From positions 1,550,001 through 1,614,000 of the forward strand of contig JAYWIR010000030.1 in assembly GCA_036172245.1 (NCBI GenBank): a stretch of 64,000 nucleotides of DNA, read 5' to 3'. Source of the DNA: Raillietiella orientalis (lineage: Eukaryota). The notes beneath the pieces are model-generated. The model did not search any database. It had not been told where the DNA came from and saw nothing but the letters and a program-made list of their open reading frames with translations. Positions 28,861 to 41,400 of the stretch are shown here, piece by piece. Within the stretch, counting starts at the first letter, position 1. Every line of letters starts with the position of its first letter. The position numbers and the translations under genes were made by a program.

Positions 28861-29984
28861 CAGGCCTCACAACTCTCTTTCCTTTGCATCTTTCAAAGCC
28901 GTTGGCGGCATTTCGAAAGTGACATCGAGTATGATGACAAGACCTTTGCTTTGGAGGACCAGTCCCTGTCGGAGGCCGCGGCCCGTCCCTAAGAGGCGCT
29001 GACTGAAGGTGAGCAGCTTCCATCGACCTACCGTAGTCCATTGACTGACCTCGTGACGCTTCATGACTGTATAGGTGCCGCGCGTGATGTGAATGTACCT
29101 GGAGCAGACCCGCGATGATAATGAGGTGAGTAATGTTAATCTTCGAAGATGGTAATCTGTGAACGGTAGGAAGTCAGCTAGAAGTGGAAGTGACCGGAAG
29201 CGCGCTACTAGTCGATGCAGGACATGGCTTTCCTTTGGTCTGAATGGTTGCCCGAAAGAGGCTCCATGCTCTTTCTCTTTGGAGCATAAGCAACGCAACC
29301 GCATGGAGAACGTCAGCCATCGTGCGTCACTCTCCGTCTTTCACAAAATTCCTGAAATAAATTTTTTGGTCCTATGGCTTCATCCGCTGTGACGTCTGGC
29401 ATGGATCTTCTGAGATCGCTATCCATCGGAGATACTCAAGCTCATCATGTTGTTTTCTTGATACGTTTGCTGATTCTTGAAAAATTTCAATCTTGATGTT
29501 TCGCCATTTGCAGGATTTTGAGATCTCGGAGATACAACGACGCTTCCTGTTACAGTCTCATGTAGACGGAGTTGAGAACCAGCCCTCGATACTCGCTCTG
29601 GTGCTTCTCTTTGAGTGTCGTTTATGGATACCAGTAAAGGAAGTGTCGTCCATCATCATTACATCCTTCCTTCCTGAGACACTAGGTCTGGATTTAGCTT
29701 TGCGTATGTTCCGGGAGCGAACTGATTGGAAGCCACCAACTCCCGATGTTTTGGTTGAACACCCGGTAACACCAGGGATATTTATCATGAAAATAATAAA
29801 CATACATGTGTAGGGCCATCAATTCTACATCGTCCAAAAATGCTCGGAACCTGCCGAGTCACCATCACGCAGGTCGGCGAGGTTCGCCTCGGCAGCGGAG
29901 GGGGAGGAGGTAAACAAAAATAAAAATAAATAAGAAAAAAAGCTTTTTTTTGTTTGAACCCCACTGAGCAGTGTGAAGAGGCAG

Positions 29985-30400
29985 ACGAAGAACCTCCTGA
30001 GAATCGCCCTGTGGAGCACAGAGGGGTTCCGAGTCCTCCTAAAGGACTTGTGCGCTCTGCGTCGCGACGGAGGCCTCGTCCTCCTGACGCTGGAGCGCCT
30101 GGAGCGGCAGCTCCAGTGGAGGACGCCTGCCCCAGTGGCGAAGTTTTGGAGAATGAACTGATGCGATCCCGTACGATTCCTGGTCAAGCGAGCCACCAGC
30201 TGCGCGGGACTGCCTTCGTTCCTGGAGAGGCGGTGCCGACGCAACGTGTCCCGTTGAGGTCTGGGGGTCCGGAGGGTGCCCAAGCTGACCAGAACCAACA
30301 ACTGGATCCTCTGCCGACCCGAGAACGGTGGTACCTGGCTGCAGGAAACCGTTCGCACAGGGACCAAGAACAACGAAGCGAGTCCGATGTTTTCGAGTAG
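29985..30400 (+). mobile_element. Decayed LINE APE endonuclease fragment
   Basis: 'NLLRIALWSTEGFRVLLKDLCAL' resembles the APE start LRIALWN.EG. 'VEVWGS' follows downstream. The segment is GC-rich and frameshifted. Confidence 0.4.
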
Positions 30401-33261
30401 CCTTTTAAGTTTGGATGATGATGAGCCTACCGTGCTTCTCTGCTATCGATAGTTTACGCACCTGCTGAGGATGCGAATCAGTGGAGCACATCGACAGTCG
30501 ACCCTCCAAGATCATCCTGATGAGTTTGACAGCAAACCTAGAAGGAGGTCGAACATTCGAGCGCGATGTGGGAGGAATGCCATCATTCGATCTTGCCACA
30601 GAGACCCGGACGCAGACCCCTGTCGTAGTCCTGTGTTTTTCGATCTCGGTTCGCTTTGCATTCGGTCGTTTCCATCTTTTCTCAGGCGGAGAGATGCAGG
30701 AGAACTGCTGAGCCCAAAGGAGATCGAGTCACAGAATTAGCCAATTCGAAAATGGCGATACAAGCTTTCGCCACGCACGCCGGTTAGAAATGAAACCAGA
30801 GGAGCAGTCAGAGAGTTTTCTCCCGCCTAGCAATCTGTTTCCGGAACAGGGATTTCAGAAACGAATCGCGCTTTTGTTTTTGCTTCATATTCCGCTTCTC
30901 ACTCTCCAGAGGAGCAATCGTAATCCCTGATGAGCAACCATTCCGTTTTTTTAACGTGAGCAGGAGAGTTTTCGACATTGGATTCTGTGTGCGTTTTCTT
31001 CTTCACCAAGTGATGTGCTCCTCGTATTAAACGCGTCATCGTTTCATCAGAGGCACCGAGCCCTGAGCCAGAATCGAGAGGCACCAGACAACGGTGGTAA
31101 GCAAACACGTGCCTCCAAAGTGGGAGACACGTTTCCACATTACTCAGCACATTTTCGGAACACGGAAGCAGCAAGTCAGCTGCTTGCATATGCACATACA
31201 TAGGAAACGAAAACAACATCACTGTGAACCATGATCGATTCGTTGGCTCCATGCTGTGCTTGGAGTTCCCTTGAGCCTCTTTATTCATTTACGGCATGAC
31301 TCACTGTCTCGTCCACTGAACACGTTGAAATGAAAATGAGCAGAAAATGGGAAGCTTTCAGGATGAGTTCCATGCTGCCTGCACTCTCATCCACTGTTGT
31401 GTCTCAGTGCTACTTAATTGCTCGTGTCTTTTCGTTGTTTTTAAGACTGATGAAAAGAGAGTGGCACGAGAAAAACAATGTACACTGCAGGCATGATGAT
31501 GAAGAGGGATCTTCCTCCTCGAGATTTTCTTTTTTTAGGGAAAACTGGCATGCGACTGCTTCGAATGGAGTAGAGAAATGAACTTTGACTCACACCGAAT
31601 ATGGAGAGCAGTCAGGTCTCAGATGGAACCCTATGCATCGAACACAATAGTTTGTATGCATGCTGGCGAAACTTCCATGCAAAACGCTAAAAGATGCAGA
31701 AGTCTGGCTTGCCGTCACAGTGGGATGCGTGAAAGGATTCCGCGTCTCTGCCACTGCACAAAGAGGTTTCGAAAGGTACAGATTAGAAAAGAAGATCGCT
31801 CCCAGAACTTGAGAAAGCACTGCATAGATTCAACAAATAACCAATCGCTAATCCTAATCATCCAATGACTTGAAGGCACGTAAGCGAACTTTACTCGGTT
31901 CAGTTTATTGATCTCTTTCTATCTGTTCTCTGCTGCCCCCTGCAAAGGGAGCAGTAGAAGACTGGTTTCTGAAACCTCTTTTTGGCAGCTTCGTTCACAA
32001 TTTGGTAGAAGATGCATAGGGTCTTGCGCTGATTGGCATAAACGAGCAATCAGCTAACCGCTACGTGGGGATTCGTCTGCACCATTCTTCTAAATGCTCT
32101 TCTGTGTTTTGCCTCAGGGTAGTCTGACAGGGTTGCGAGTGCCAGCAATTCCCGAATTTTTTTAAAATACTCATTCATTGACTGCCTGCAGCTGTAGAAT
32201 GATGTCACGAGCATACTTTTCCGAGCTGGAGCTCCGTGTTCCTTTCCAGGCGATGTGAGACTGATTACCCAGAATCAGCATTTTTCTCTCTCAAGTTCAA
32301 TCTGATCCTGCTAGGTCGATACCAACAAAAAGAAGAAACATTGCGAAAATGGAGGATGAATAAGCATTTCAGCTTTATCTTCTCAGAGGAACATCAGCTC
32401 GTTGAAAGGCCTGCCGGCAACCCTTTTTTTTTCTTCTTTTTCAGTATAATGAGTATTTGTTTTCTATTTGTACAACTCGTTACGCTGGGAAACATATTGC
32501 TGTTGAATAAAGCGACGGTTGAGCATCACAGACGCTTCCATGGAGAAATGATGCTTCCCAAAATTGTCCCTCGTTCCCCCGACGGAAAGGGCTGTCCTGA
32601 TCTTATGGCATTCGTACTTTTCTAGCCAGATGCGATAGAAAAATTACTCCTGGACTTTCTAGTGATACGAGAACTCTCGGAAATTGAAGATGAGATCTTG
32701 CATTTCTTCGTGCTAAGAGAAAATCAACTAGTTAAAGGATCGACTTTGTATTCTCTTGTGACCTTCAGAATCTAACTGCTCTTCCGTGTTCTCTCTTCGC
32801 TGACTGAGACATATGAAGCCTTGCTACCTTTGCTACATCAATTCAGTTTTTTGTGTGCCAATGGCGAGACAGGCAGCTAAAACACTTTGGGATAACAAAC
32901 TTCTTCAATCAGCTGAGGACAAAGAGCCGGAAGACAACCATTAGTAGGAGTTGAAAGCTGTTCCATTACAAAATATGAACGTGACCTCGTGCATCTACCT
33001 GCTTTAGCAAAGAACTGTCTCCACTTTTCAAGTCATAGTGCGGTGAATCATATTGGCTTCTTTTGAATTAGGCATGGAACGAGACCAATCGGTCACGAAA
33101 CTGTGATGATATCTGGTGGCTTTCCTTGAAAAGCAGATTTGAGTACCATCTTATCTTCAGCATATCTACTCTCTTCCACCGAAGAGTTAGAACGGCAATT
33201 AGCGACCCCAGGTGAAGTCATCATAGGTGGTGGAGCAAGTCTGGACACGAAATCCAGTCTG

Positions 33262-33312
33262 GATCACGGAGACGGAAATGCCTTTTCTAAAGGCATTTCC
33301 GTCTCCGTGATC
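33262..33312. repeat. Perfect 24-bp inverted repeat with a 3-nt loop (hairpin/cruciform)
   Basis: GATCACGGAGACGGAAATGCCTTT-TCT-AAAGGCATTTCCGTCTCCGTGATC; the arms are exact reverse complements. Confidence 0.95.
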
Positions 33313-36300
33313 TCTTGCTCTTTTTTTCGAAGAAATATCCAGGAATTCAAAAGATTCCGATTTCAAGTCTTGTTTTCCGAGGAATAAAAGGTTAGAATGA
33401 TTGAGAAACATCATAAGATTCGTTCATCGATTGATAGGATGTCAGTTTCCGTGGGCACTTGGCTTACGGCAATGAAGACGCATCTGAGGATGAATGAAAG
33501 TCTGTACTCAGTCACTTTTGAAGCAGTGATGCATCCTTGAAAAAGGCAAAGACAAGTCTGTACGGTGGAAGTTGCATGCTTTTCCCACATTTGTGTACAT
33601 GAAACCTCACTCTGTTTTGAATGCACGGGAGTGCTTAAGATGGCAAAGCAAGTGCGGATAAACTGATCGAGGCGCCCTGCATCATTGTGGCAGCATGTCA
33701 AATGGAATGAGTCTGGACTTCAAAACAGCCCTTTAGGAATTCTTTCAAAACTTGCAGTTCCTAATGTATACGGAGGAAAAAGTTGAGATGAATCACCTGG
33801 GGAAATCAAGCAAAAAGAAGTTATGCTTCACGTATTATCTCCGAGTTGTACAGGAGAATCCGCTCCAGATCCAAGAATCAAGTTGATCTTCTGTAGCTGG
33901 ACTGGCGAAAACAGATTGCATATGGAGAACAGTGTCGCTGCGATCAGTGATGATGGTAGAATGTTTCTTTTGCGCTCTTTCGCTCCTGCTCCTGCTGAAG
34001 GCATTTCTCTTGGTTCTTTGGAAATACCTTTAGGTGAATTTGATTAAATCATGTTCCTTTTTCATTTCGACGTAGCTCCTTTCAATCTCTTCGCTCTCGG
34101 GAGGTCCCGATCCTGTTGAGGAAGAGAAAGCAATCAGCAGGATACAGAAAGAGAGCGTTTTGAAGCAAGGAAAAAGTGATGCTTCCTTCAGTGCTTCGAA
34201 TCCCTTGAAGTGAGCATGCGATCCCCTATGCGAACTTGATAATGTGACTGGCTCTCTGGAGAAAACAATCCATAAGAGTTTCTTCTTATAGATGCTACTT
34301 TTAAGTGAAAGACAAGGTGAGCTTTCCTCGAAGGAGAACTGCCGATATGCAGCTGCAGGTTCACTCTTATGCCATTTGAGCGTTTGACCTTCGGGCGAGC
34401 CTTCCACCATTCAGCAAGTACCATTAGATGACTGCAAACAAACTCTTACTCAATAGTTACTCGTTCAGCGTACCTCTGTCGCAGCTTCATTTCAAATTTG
34501 GAAGAAATCTGAACTAGAAAAAAGCAGTGTCAGACAGAAACGAGAAGCAGGAAGATGACCTCACAGAAAGTTTTTCTAGAGATCATCCCGCAAAAGCATC
34601 TCAAAAGTTCCAAAGAAGATAGAAGCAGAGTCGATGAATTCGTTGGAAGGATATGCAAATTAGGAACGATTGATTAATTTCATCAGAATGAATGCCAGAA
34701 AATGATCTGCAAATCCCAGTGGGAAACTGAAGCACGACGCTGAAAGAAACTATCAATTGATTCCTCGTAAGAAACTGAACTGATTGCGAAGCATCATCAG
34801 CACGAGCAAAGTCGCGGGTCTCATCGAAGGCTGTACATTGGGATTGTACAGAAACAGAAAAGAAAAGGTAGAAAAGAATGAGTTCCTTCGTTTCTTTCAT
34901 TTAAAACGGCACTCAAAACTTGCCTATCAACTGCTTAGACGTTTAGTCAGCATCACTTTGTTGCAAGGATCTCAGACACGTGGGAAACTGGATACGCCCC
35001 TAAACCTACTGATGTCAATGACAACAAATCATTTGCTTCGAAGAAGAGATTAAAGACAGATGTGGAAGTCGGAAGATTTCGATGTCGCTTTGTCCACATG
35101 AAACATTTGTTCATTTATTTATTTTCTGGAATGAAACGACTTCCTAGGAAGATTCCCGTAGTTGTGCTGCTATTCCTTGGAGAGTTTGGTTCCAATTTCT
35201 GAAGGAGGATTTGATTCCACAGGATTTGGAGTTGCTCCCTCCTACTGCCTTGTTCTTGTCGCAAGGTAGAGGGGAGCCACTGAAGAAAAAAACAGAAAAG
35301 GGAGTCGAAAATTCGCAACCCGGGACGAGCTGTGTATATTTTGTACACGTTTATTTCGCCCATATTTCATACGTTCAGTTCTTCCTCGTTCCTGCACACA
35401 ATAAAGCTGCGCGAAGAAGTGCTGAGCTTGCGAAAGGAGCCGTCAAAAAAAAAAAAAAGAAAACGGTAGTGATCTGTTCCGTCATGGAGGACACAAACAT
35501 AGAAGAAAAAATTCATATGGAACATTGGGCTGTGTACTCACCTGAAATCCAAATTCGTATAAAAAAAAAAAAAAATGCAAATTCGATTATCGAACACACT
35601 CAAGGTCCATGGCAGAGTAGGCATGCAGCTAAGGGCTGAACCACAAAAATATGCACTCGCCTTATTGATCTTCAATTACATCCGTCGCTCTCTGTTTCAC
35701 GAGGTGGAAGCGTAAATCCAACACCGTCGGTCCATCTGATAATTACTGGTCACTAAGCAAGTGCTGAAGAAATGAACATCCGACTCCTTAAACTGATGTC
35801 TGACTGAGGTGTTGGAGCGAACTTCACATCTATTCCCGGAATACAAATGGAAAAATTCTTTCCCATTGCTGCCAACACTCCTCGTGCGAGTGTTCATCAT
35901 AAAGGTATTCTTCGCGCCACTTTTCTTGCAATGGTTTTCGTCGCTCAATAAGAGGGTTTCAATCCAATTATCCATCCTCGCGCTCTGTCAGGAAAGCCTT
36001 TCACTTTGATTTTGAGTGGCTGCGCCACAGTTGCTATTTCCGCATCTGGGTAAAAAGTGAATGGGTCAAGATGGCCGTTGCTAAGCTAAGCTGGACGCAA
36101 CTCCATGCCCGTGCCCAAAAGCCTTCAGCGCCTTTTATGCTTGAGTGCGCGAATCCTGATTTTTCAGTAAGCATGAGGAGGATGTTCCAGCTCTCTAAGG
36201 ATTCTAAATTGATGCCAAACCTTATAGTAGCTATCTGGCTTTGTATCTGAGCAACTCCATCAATCAATAGCGTAGATGGGCACGTAGTACCGACTCTACA

Positions 36301-37539
36301 CGCTCGCTTGCATGGAGGCCTCCAAATGAGTCTCCGCAGAGTAATCGGTGGGAATGGTTTTCGATACGGAATTCCAGTTTTCCAGAAAGTACACTTTTCT
36401 TAGACGGTCCACATTGGAAGACGAATCTAAAGGAAGGTTTGACCTTCCTTTTGGATTCAGTCGCATCGCGTGCTCAGATTGTGGGTTCCGAATCGAACAG
36501 AAGACTGCAGCTCTCTCTACCGAAGAGAATGCAATACTTCATTCTGTTCCCATTACGTTAGAGTTGGCTGCATCTTCCAGAGAATGGCTGAGGCGGTGGA
36601 GACCGGTGGATGCCCATGAAGCTATGAAACCAGGACACAGTCATAAGTCGCTTCGTCTTGCGGGCGTGATTCCATGGAACCCCCGTCTACTAGGGAAACA
36701 ACTGTCCTTTTTCAGAATCCAATGAACCTCAGAGTAAAGCGACCAGGGCTTTTACAGAGACCCAGAAGTCCACTCACCATCAGATCTGCCCTGCGCCGCA
36801 ACTGAGCAGTTCTTATAGGTTTTTCCCATTTTTTCAAAAGCAAGGGAAAATTTTCTTCATGAGCTCCATAGAGACGAATACAGAATGAGATTCGCAAGTT
36901 CTCTCATTCGTTACTACGCAAGTACTATGTAACCTGTGTTCTTGCGTGTTCTGGACGTAGAATCCTTGAATTCAAGGACTCTCCGTAGCGTGCCAGGCTG
37001 CGATATACGCAATTTAGGGTGAATCCCGTCCAACAAAGAGCGCCTGAGCTTCCTGACTCGATTTGCCCACGAGGCAATGTTCATTATGGTGTGCGCAGGA
37101 AAGGCGCGGAACGCATCCTCGGGAGAACCACCTACAGATTCTCAACCGCTTCGTGATAAAATCCTTTCACACCTCTGCATCCCTCCGTTCCCCTATTTCC
37201 TTCTAAAACATGTTAGCGAGAGATACAGAGAATGACGGAAGAAGGAGGATTCATCCCATTGTCCACAACGAACTGCACCTCTCTCCACCTCCTTCCAAGG
37301 AAGCTGTGGTGTTCAAGAGCACCTTCATCCCCGTTTGTAACTGACTTGTGTTTTCAGAACATGTTTCAGGAGAATCGCTGTTCAAGAACCCTCTAGAGAT
37401 CCCCTCTCTCTCATTACCCCCTTGTGCATTTGCTGTGGAGTCCTCGGAAATCAGTGGCGATACTGATAACCGTTTGTTTCGTACTCTTCCAGCTAATGTG
37501 TCTCCCGGAGAGGCGAAGTCGGGTTCAAGGGAGAATTAA

Positions 37540-38630
37540 TTAAAGTCCAAGGGAGAATCCGTGTGGACCAGCGCACTGTGCTTATCCGAAAACGTGGTTT
37601 ACAGAAAAGAGCAACAGCATCGACAACACAAGCGTCGACAAGACAAGGCAATAAGCAAAAGAGTCCGAGAGATCCAGTAGTCAGGAAGGGAAACCAGGTA
37701 GCAAGAACCAGCCTGATCAAGCAGGGAAGGTTTGTTCTACTTACTCTTTGAAGTGACTATGAGATTGTGCCCTTTACCTAATGACCGTATCTGCAGCGTC
37801 CCGCCGTGCCCCTTAATAGCACTCTGGTTACCACACTACTGTACCAATGCATCCAAAGACGTCTTCACTATCTCTTCCTTCACCAAAAAGAGATGTCTAG
37901 TTGTAGAATCCTGTGCGAAGGACTGCGTCGTAGGTGAAGTGGCCCTCCATGCTACTGCCTCGTTTCACATGCGGATGTTTGGGAGTTCTTCCGAAGGTTG
38001 TGATGGCTAATCCTTTCCGAAGGACCGCATAAGGTTTCAGAACCCTAGGACATTTTTTGCACCACTGGTCATCTTCAAGAACCTCACCTTTCACGTGTGA
38101 AGCAAGAAGAGTTCTTTCTGAAATTCCGCTGCAGAGCCTTTCACACCACAGAGCTTGCCCAAGAAGTTTGCCCAACGAAGCGCTTCAAGGAATTTGAGCT
38201 ACAAGACATTTTCCTTATCTACTATGGATAGAGGGATCAAGGATGAGGAAGATCTCTTTTTCGGGACACAGATCCAGGCGCATCCTATTGATGCCGATAA
38301 TCTGGACACGTGTCTGTCGATAGAGTGCTTCGGCATCAGGGTGTCATCGAAGAACAGCTATGTGCTTTTCAGGATGGAAGACAGGAAGAAGTCTCTGGAT
38401 TTCTTCTTCCACTTCTGAATCTTCCTCAGAGTTCGATCAGTATGCGTATACTTGCCTGGAAAATTCCTCAGCAGCCTTTTCGCGCGGCAACAACAGTGAT
38501 GCAAGAGTTCCGCGTTGTTGAAGCGGTTTCTGAAAAGGGCTTTTCTTCCCATCTCCATGGGCAATGTTCTTTGCCTGAGTTCGCTCGCAAGGCTGCTTAC
38601 GGCTTTAAGCTGTGCCAAAGTCGCCTTCGA
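37540..38630 (+). mobile_element. Decayed DIRS-like element: RNase H, methylase-like and YR N-terminal remnants
   Basis: Motifs in canonical DIRS order: 'GRIRVDQRTVLIRKRG' (cf. V.VRxDN.T...I.K.G), 'ICSVPPCPLIALWLP' (cf. YAFPP..LI), then 'IIWTRVCR' and 'SALLKRFLKRAF' (cf. YR SAM-like LV.RFL.G.F). Confidence 0.4.
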
Positions 38631-38919
38631 TAACGCGAGGACGAGCGTGCGCTGCTGTGCCAGAGAGAAGAGACCTACATTCTAGGGACACCTGCACTGG
38701 TAACCAAGCCATCCTGCAATCTTTTGATAGTAGAATTCACCAGCAGTTCGTGAGTAGTCCACTTGAAGAATTGTGATGCTCCCTAATGAGAAAAGGCATT
38801 TGTTACTTCCTCGTGATCTCCATTTCTCCGGAGACTTGAAATCCAGAGATCCGTGTGGAGAGAGAAGACCACCAGGATCTCGGTGCACTGTTTGTTATGA
38901 GCACGAGGCTCCACAATGG

Positions 38920-39555
38920 CGTCCGTGTGGCTTCCATTTCCATGCGTGGCGGTAAGAGTTGGGGGTTCGAATCTCCACGTGGAGCATCGACTCCAGAGAA
39001 ATAAGTGCGTCGTGGGCTTTTATCCCCCCCCCCCCTCAGGATGATGCTGGTTGAACTATTCGGATGTAGCACTGGTGGGAGCCGGAAACCGTTGGCTATC
39101 AGGGATTGGAAGTTGACCTTCCGGGGTCATTCCAGGATCAAAAAGTCCTTCGGGGTTCCCCTTCGGTTGCAGAAACGGAGTTGTCCCCTCCCCTCAGGGT
39201 GGGGACCCTCAATCGCGTGCCATGGAGCTGGTAGCCTACTCCCTCTGTGGGTTGCCTCTCCACGATGCTACAGCAGTGCGGTTTTCCTCTCGTGGTCCAG
39301 CACAAGTCAGTGCTCCTTTTGGGAGAAAATGAGGAACGGATTCTTTCCGGGTCCCCTTCGGAGAAAGAACGAGGAGCGGAGCCCGCAAACCGAAGGGATT
39401 CCTTTTGGTGCCTCCTTCGGAGGCAAGGGTTCCTTTCTGGGTTCCCCCACCAAGCGTAAAAGGAACGGAGTCCTTTTTCCGGAGCCCTTCCTGGATTCAT
39501 AAGGTGGTCCCTCCGAGTAGCTCCATAACTTGAAGAGTTACACGCGGTGGCGTAA
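38920..39555 (-). mobile_element. Interspersed repeat, copy A (probable LINE 5'/ORF1 start, 'MNPGRA' family)
   Basis: Colinear with 48210-48935: exact GAGCCCTTCCTGGATTCATAAGG at 39482-39504 and 48854-48876, plus shared AGTGCGTCGTGGG. Also colinear with both palindrome arms through CCTCAGGGTGGG(G)GACCCT..ATCGCGTGC.ATGGAG. Confidence 0.75.
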
Positions 39556-39819
39556 ACAATGCTAAGAGAGCTTTGCGAGTCCCCACAACGTAGGCGGACA
39601 GTTCTTCATTACTTTGCAAACCAAAAAAAAAAAAAAATCTAGAGAACAAATTTTTTGGAAGAAAAGCAACGAAATCAGAAGGACTTAAAGGAATTTCTAT
39701 TATCCTAGGCCTACCCATCTTGCCACAGTACTTACCTTCCTGAGGGACGCAAGCGACAGCATAATTCTGGCAAGGTGAGGAGTAACGTGCTGCATAGCAG
39801 CAAAGACGATACTTCTGGC

Positions 39820-40300
39820 GGCGTGGACAACTCGGGAGGTGACGGGCGCTGTGACCCCAAGTGTTCCGCCCCAAGGACTTTTACTCTGGGAGAGATGCTC
39901 GACATCCCTCCGGAGGAGGGGAATTGGCCCACAGCGTACTGAAACAGTGGCGCAAGTGGAGGGATTTGGTGTTGCTGGTGTTGCATGGGGAATCCCGTGC
40001 AAAGCGCTCCTTTGCCACTGGACATGTGGACTTTCAGAGTGCAGCAGGTGCAAGGAGAAGATCCTCCTGCACCTGCCGTTGGACTGTGCTGCGTTCTGAC
40101 CCCTTTGGGATCGCCTCGCGACGATCCTAGGAACCCCGGGAAGGCGACCTCAGGGACATTTTCAAATGTCTCTTTGCGCATGTCAAACTGTCACCAGTGT
40201 TAGGAAGCGTCCCTCGCAGTCCTCTATTGTCTCCGTAGGATCGCTGTGGCCTGGAACTTAAGAAGGAGAGGCCGAAATATCTGGGACTCCATTCATTGGG
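39820..40300 (+). mobile_element. Decayed LINE ORF1/APE junction, same family as 1420-1990
   Basis: CTGCCGTTGGACTGT (40073) matches CTGCTGTTGGACTGC (1681), and TGCTCGA..T.CC.CC.GA.GA is shared. Translations give a knuckle-like 'CSRCKEKILLHLPLDC' and an APE-like start 'IAVAWNLRR'. Confidence 0.5.
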
Positions 40301-40618
40301 AGCTGATCTTCCTGAGGACCACCTAGAGATGGCCCCACCTGAGCGTTATCTCGGAGGAAACGTGCCGGCATCCTGAACAGGATGCAGAGGACGTCTGGCA
40401 GCGTACCATGATCCCTTCCTCGATTCCTCCTCTCCCTGTGTAAAATTTCCCTCCCTTTTTTTTGTGTTTTTGTTTCCCCCTCACCGTCGCTGCCGACGCG
40501 GACTTCGCCGGTCTGAGCACCGGTCTTCGACAGGTTCATTTCGCGTGGCAAATGTACTTTTATTACGTTATGTAATACATTTCCCAGCATAACCGGGTGA
40601 TAATCATCTTAGGCCAAT

Positions 40619-40647
40619 AGTGGCGATCTCCTCGTGAGATCGCCACT
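40619..40647. repeat. 12-bp perfect stem with a 5-nt loop
   Basis: AGTGGCGATCTC-CTCGT-GAGATCGCCACT, followed shortly by an A-run. Confidence 0.8.
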
Positions 40648-40679
40648 GGGCTTCGTTAAAAAAAAGAAAACACCAAGCT

Positions 40680-41400
40680 CCACACTGGAGGCGGAAAGCT
40701 CCTGGCTGTAGAATGCATGGCCAAAGTCTTCTCAGCTCACCGCGGTGAAAGAGTCGAAAACCTACCGTCCTCCGAGACGAGCTTGGAAGAGGCAGGAATG
40801 GCTCAATTCCCAGCGATTAAGTTTAGGCTCGGGACTAAAGATCGTCCATCTCGAGGGTTGGTGGCTACGGCGGACTGGTCGTTCCGCAATCCTCAGTGTA
40901 TGTTGTGACTTCCATCTTGCCTTCCATAGAAACTCAACGCCTTTCACAGAAACAGATCAGCGCTGCAGAGGAATGCTCATTGATGTGGTTCATTCCTCAA
41001 CAGCTGGACTCCTCGTCTAGTTAAAGTGGGAAGATGGGCTCAAATCAAGACATGCATTCATTTGTTTCACGGAACCAGCATCCCCCTTTTCTTTCTTTTA
41101 TGGACAAGTTCTAGACACCCTGGAATGATGAAGGATGGAGAAGGTGGTGAATGAAGACAACGACAACGATAAGGGAGGAACTTCGGAGGGAGGTTGTTAC
41201 TAACAGATGCTTTGATTTCCCTTTCAACTATTTACTCAGCTCAGGCGCGAGTAGACATCAGGGTCGCTGCAGGTGTCCACCAGAGTTCCTCTGGTTTCGC
41301 CCTCGCTAGACAAGATTGCCCATCATAGCAAACCATCCTTAAGAGAGCACATGTTTTCTAGAGAACTTTCATACAAGGAATACAATCATGAAGCCATAGA
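40680..41400 (+). mobile_element. Possible decayed Ty3/gypsy RNase H-integrase remnant
   Basis: Motifs in gypsy order but very degenerate: 'KLLAVECMAKVF' (cf. ELLA.V.A...F), 'KFRLGTKDRPSRGL' (cf. F.L.TDH.PL) and 'RHPGMMK' (cf. HPG..KM). Confidence 0.3.
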
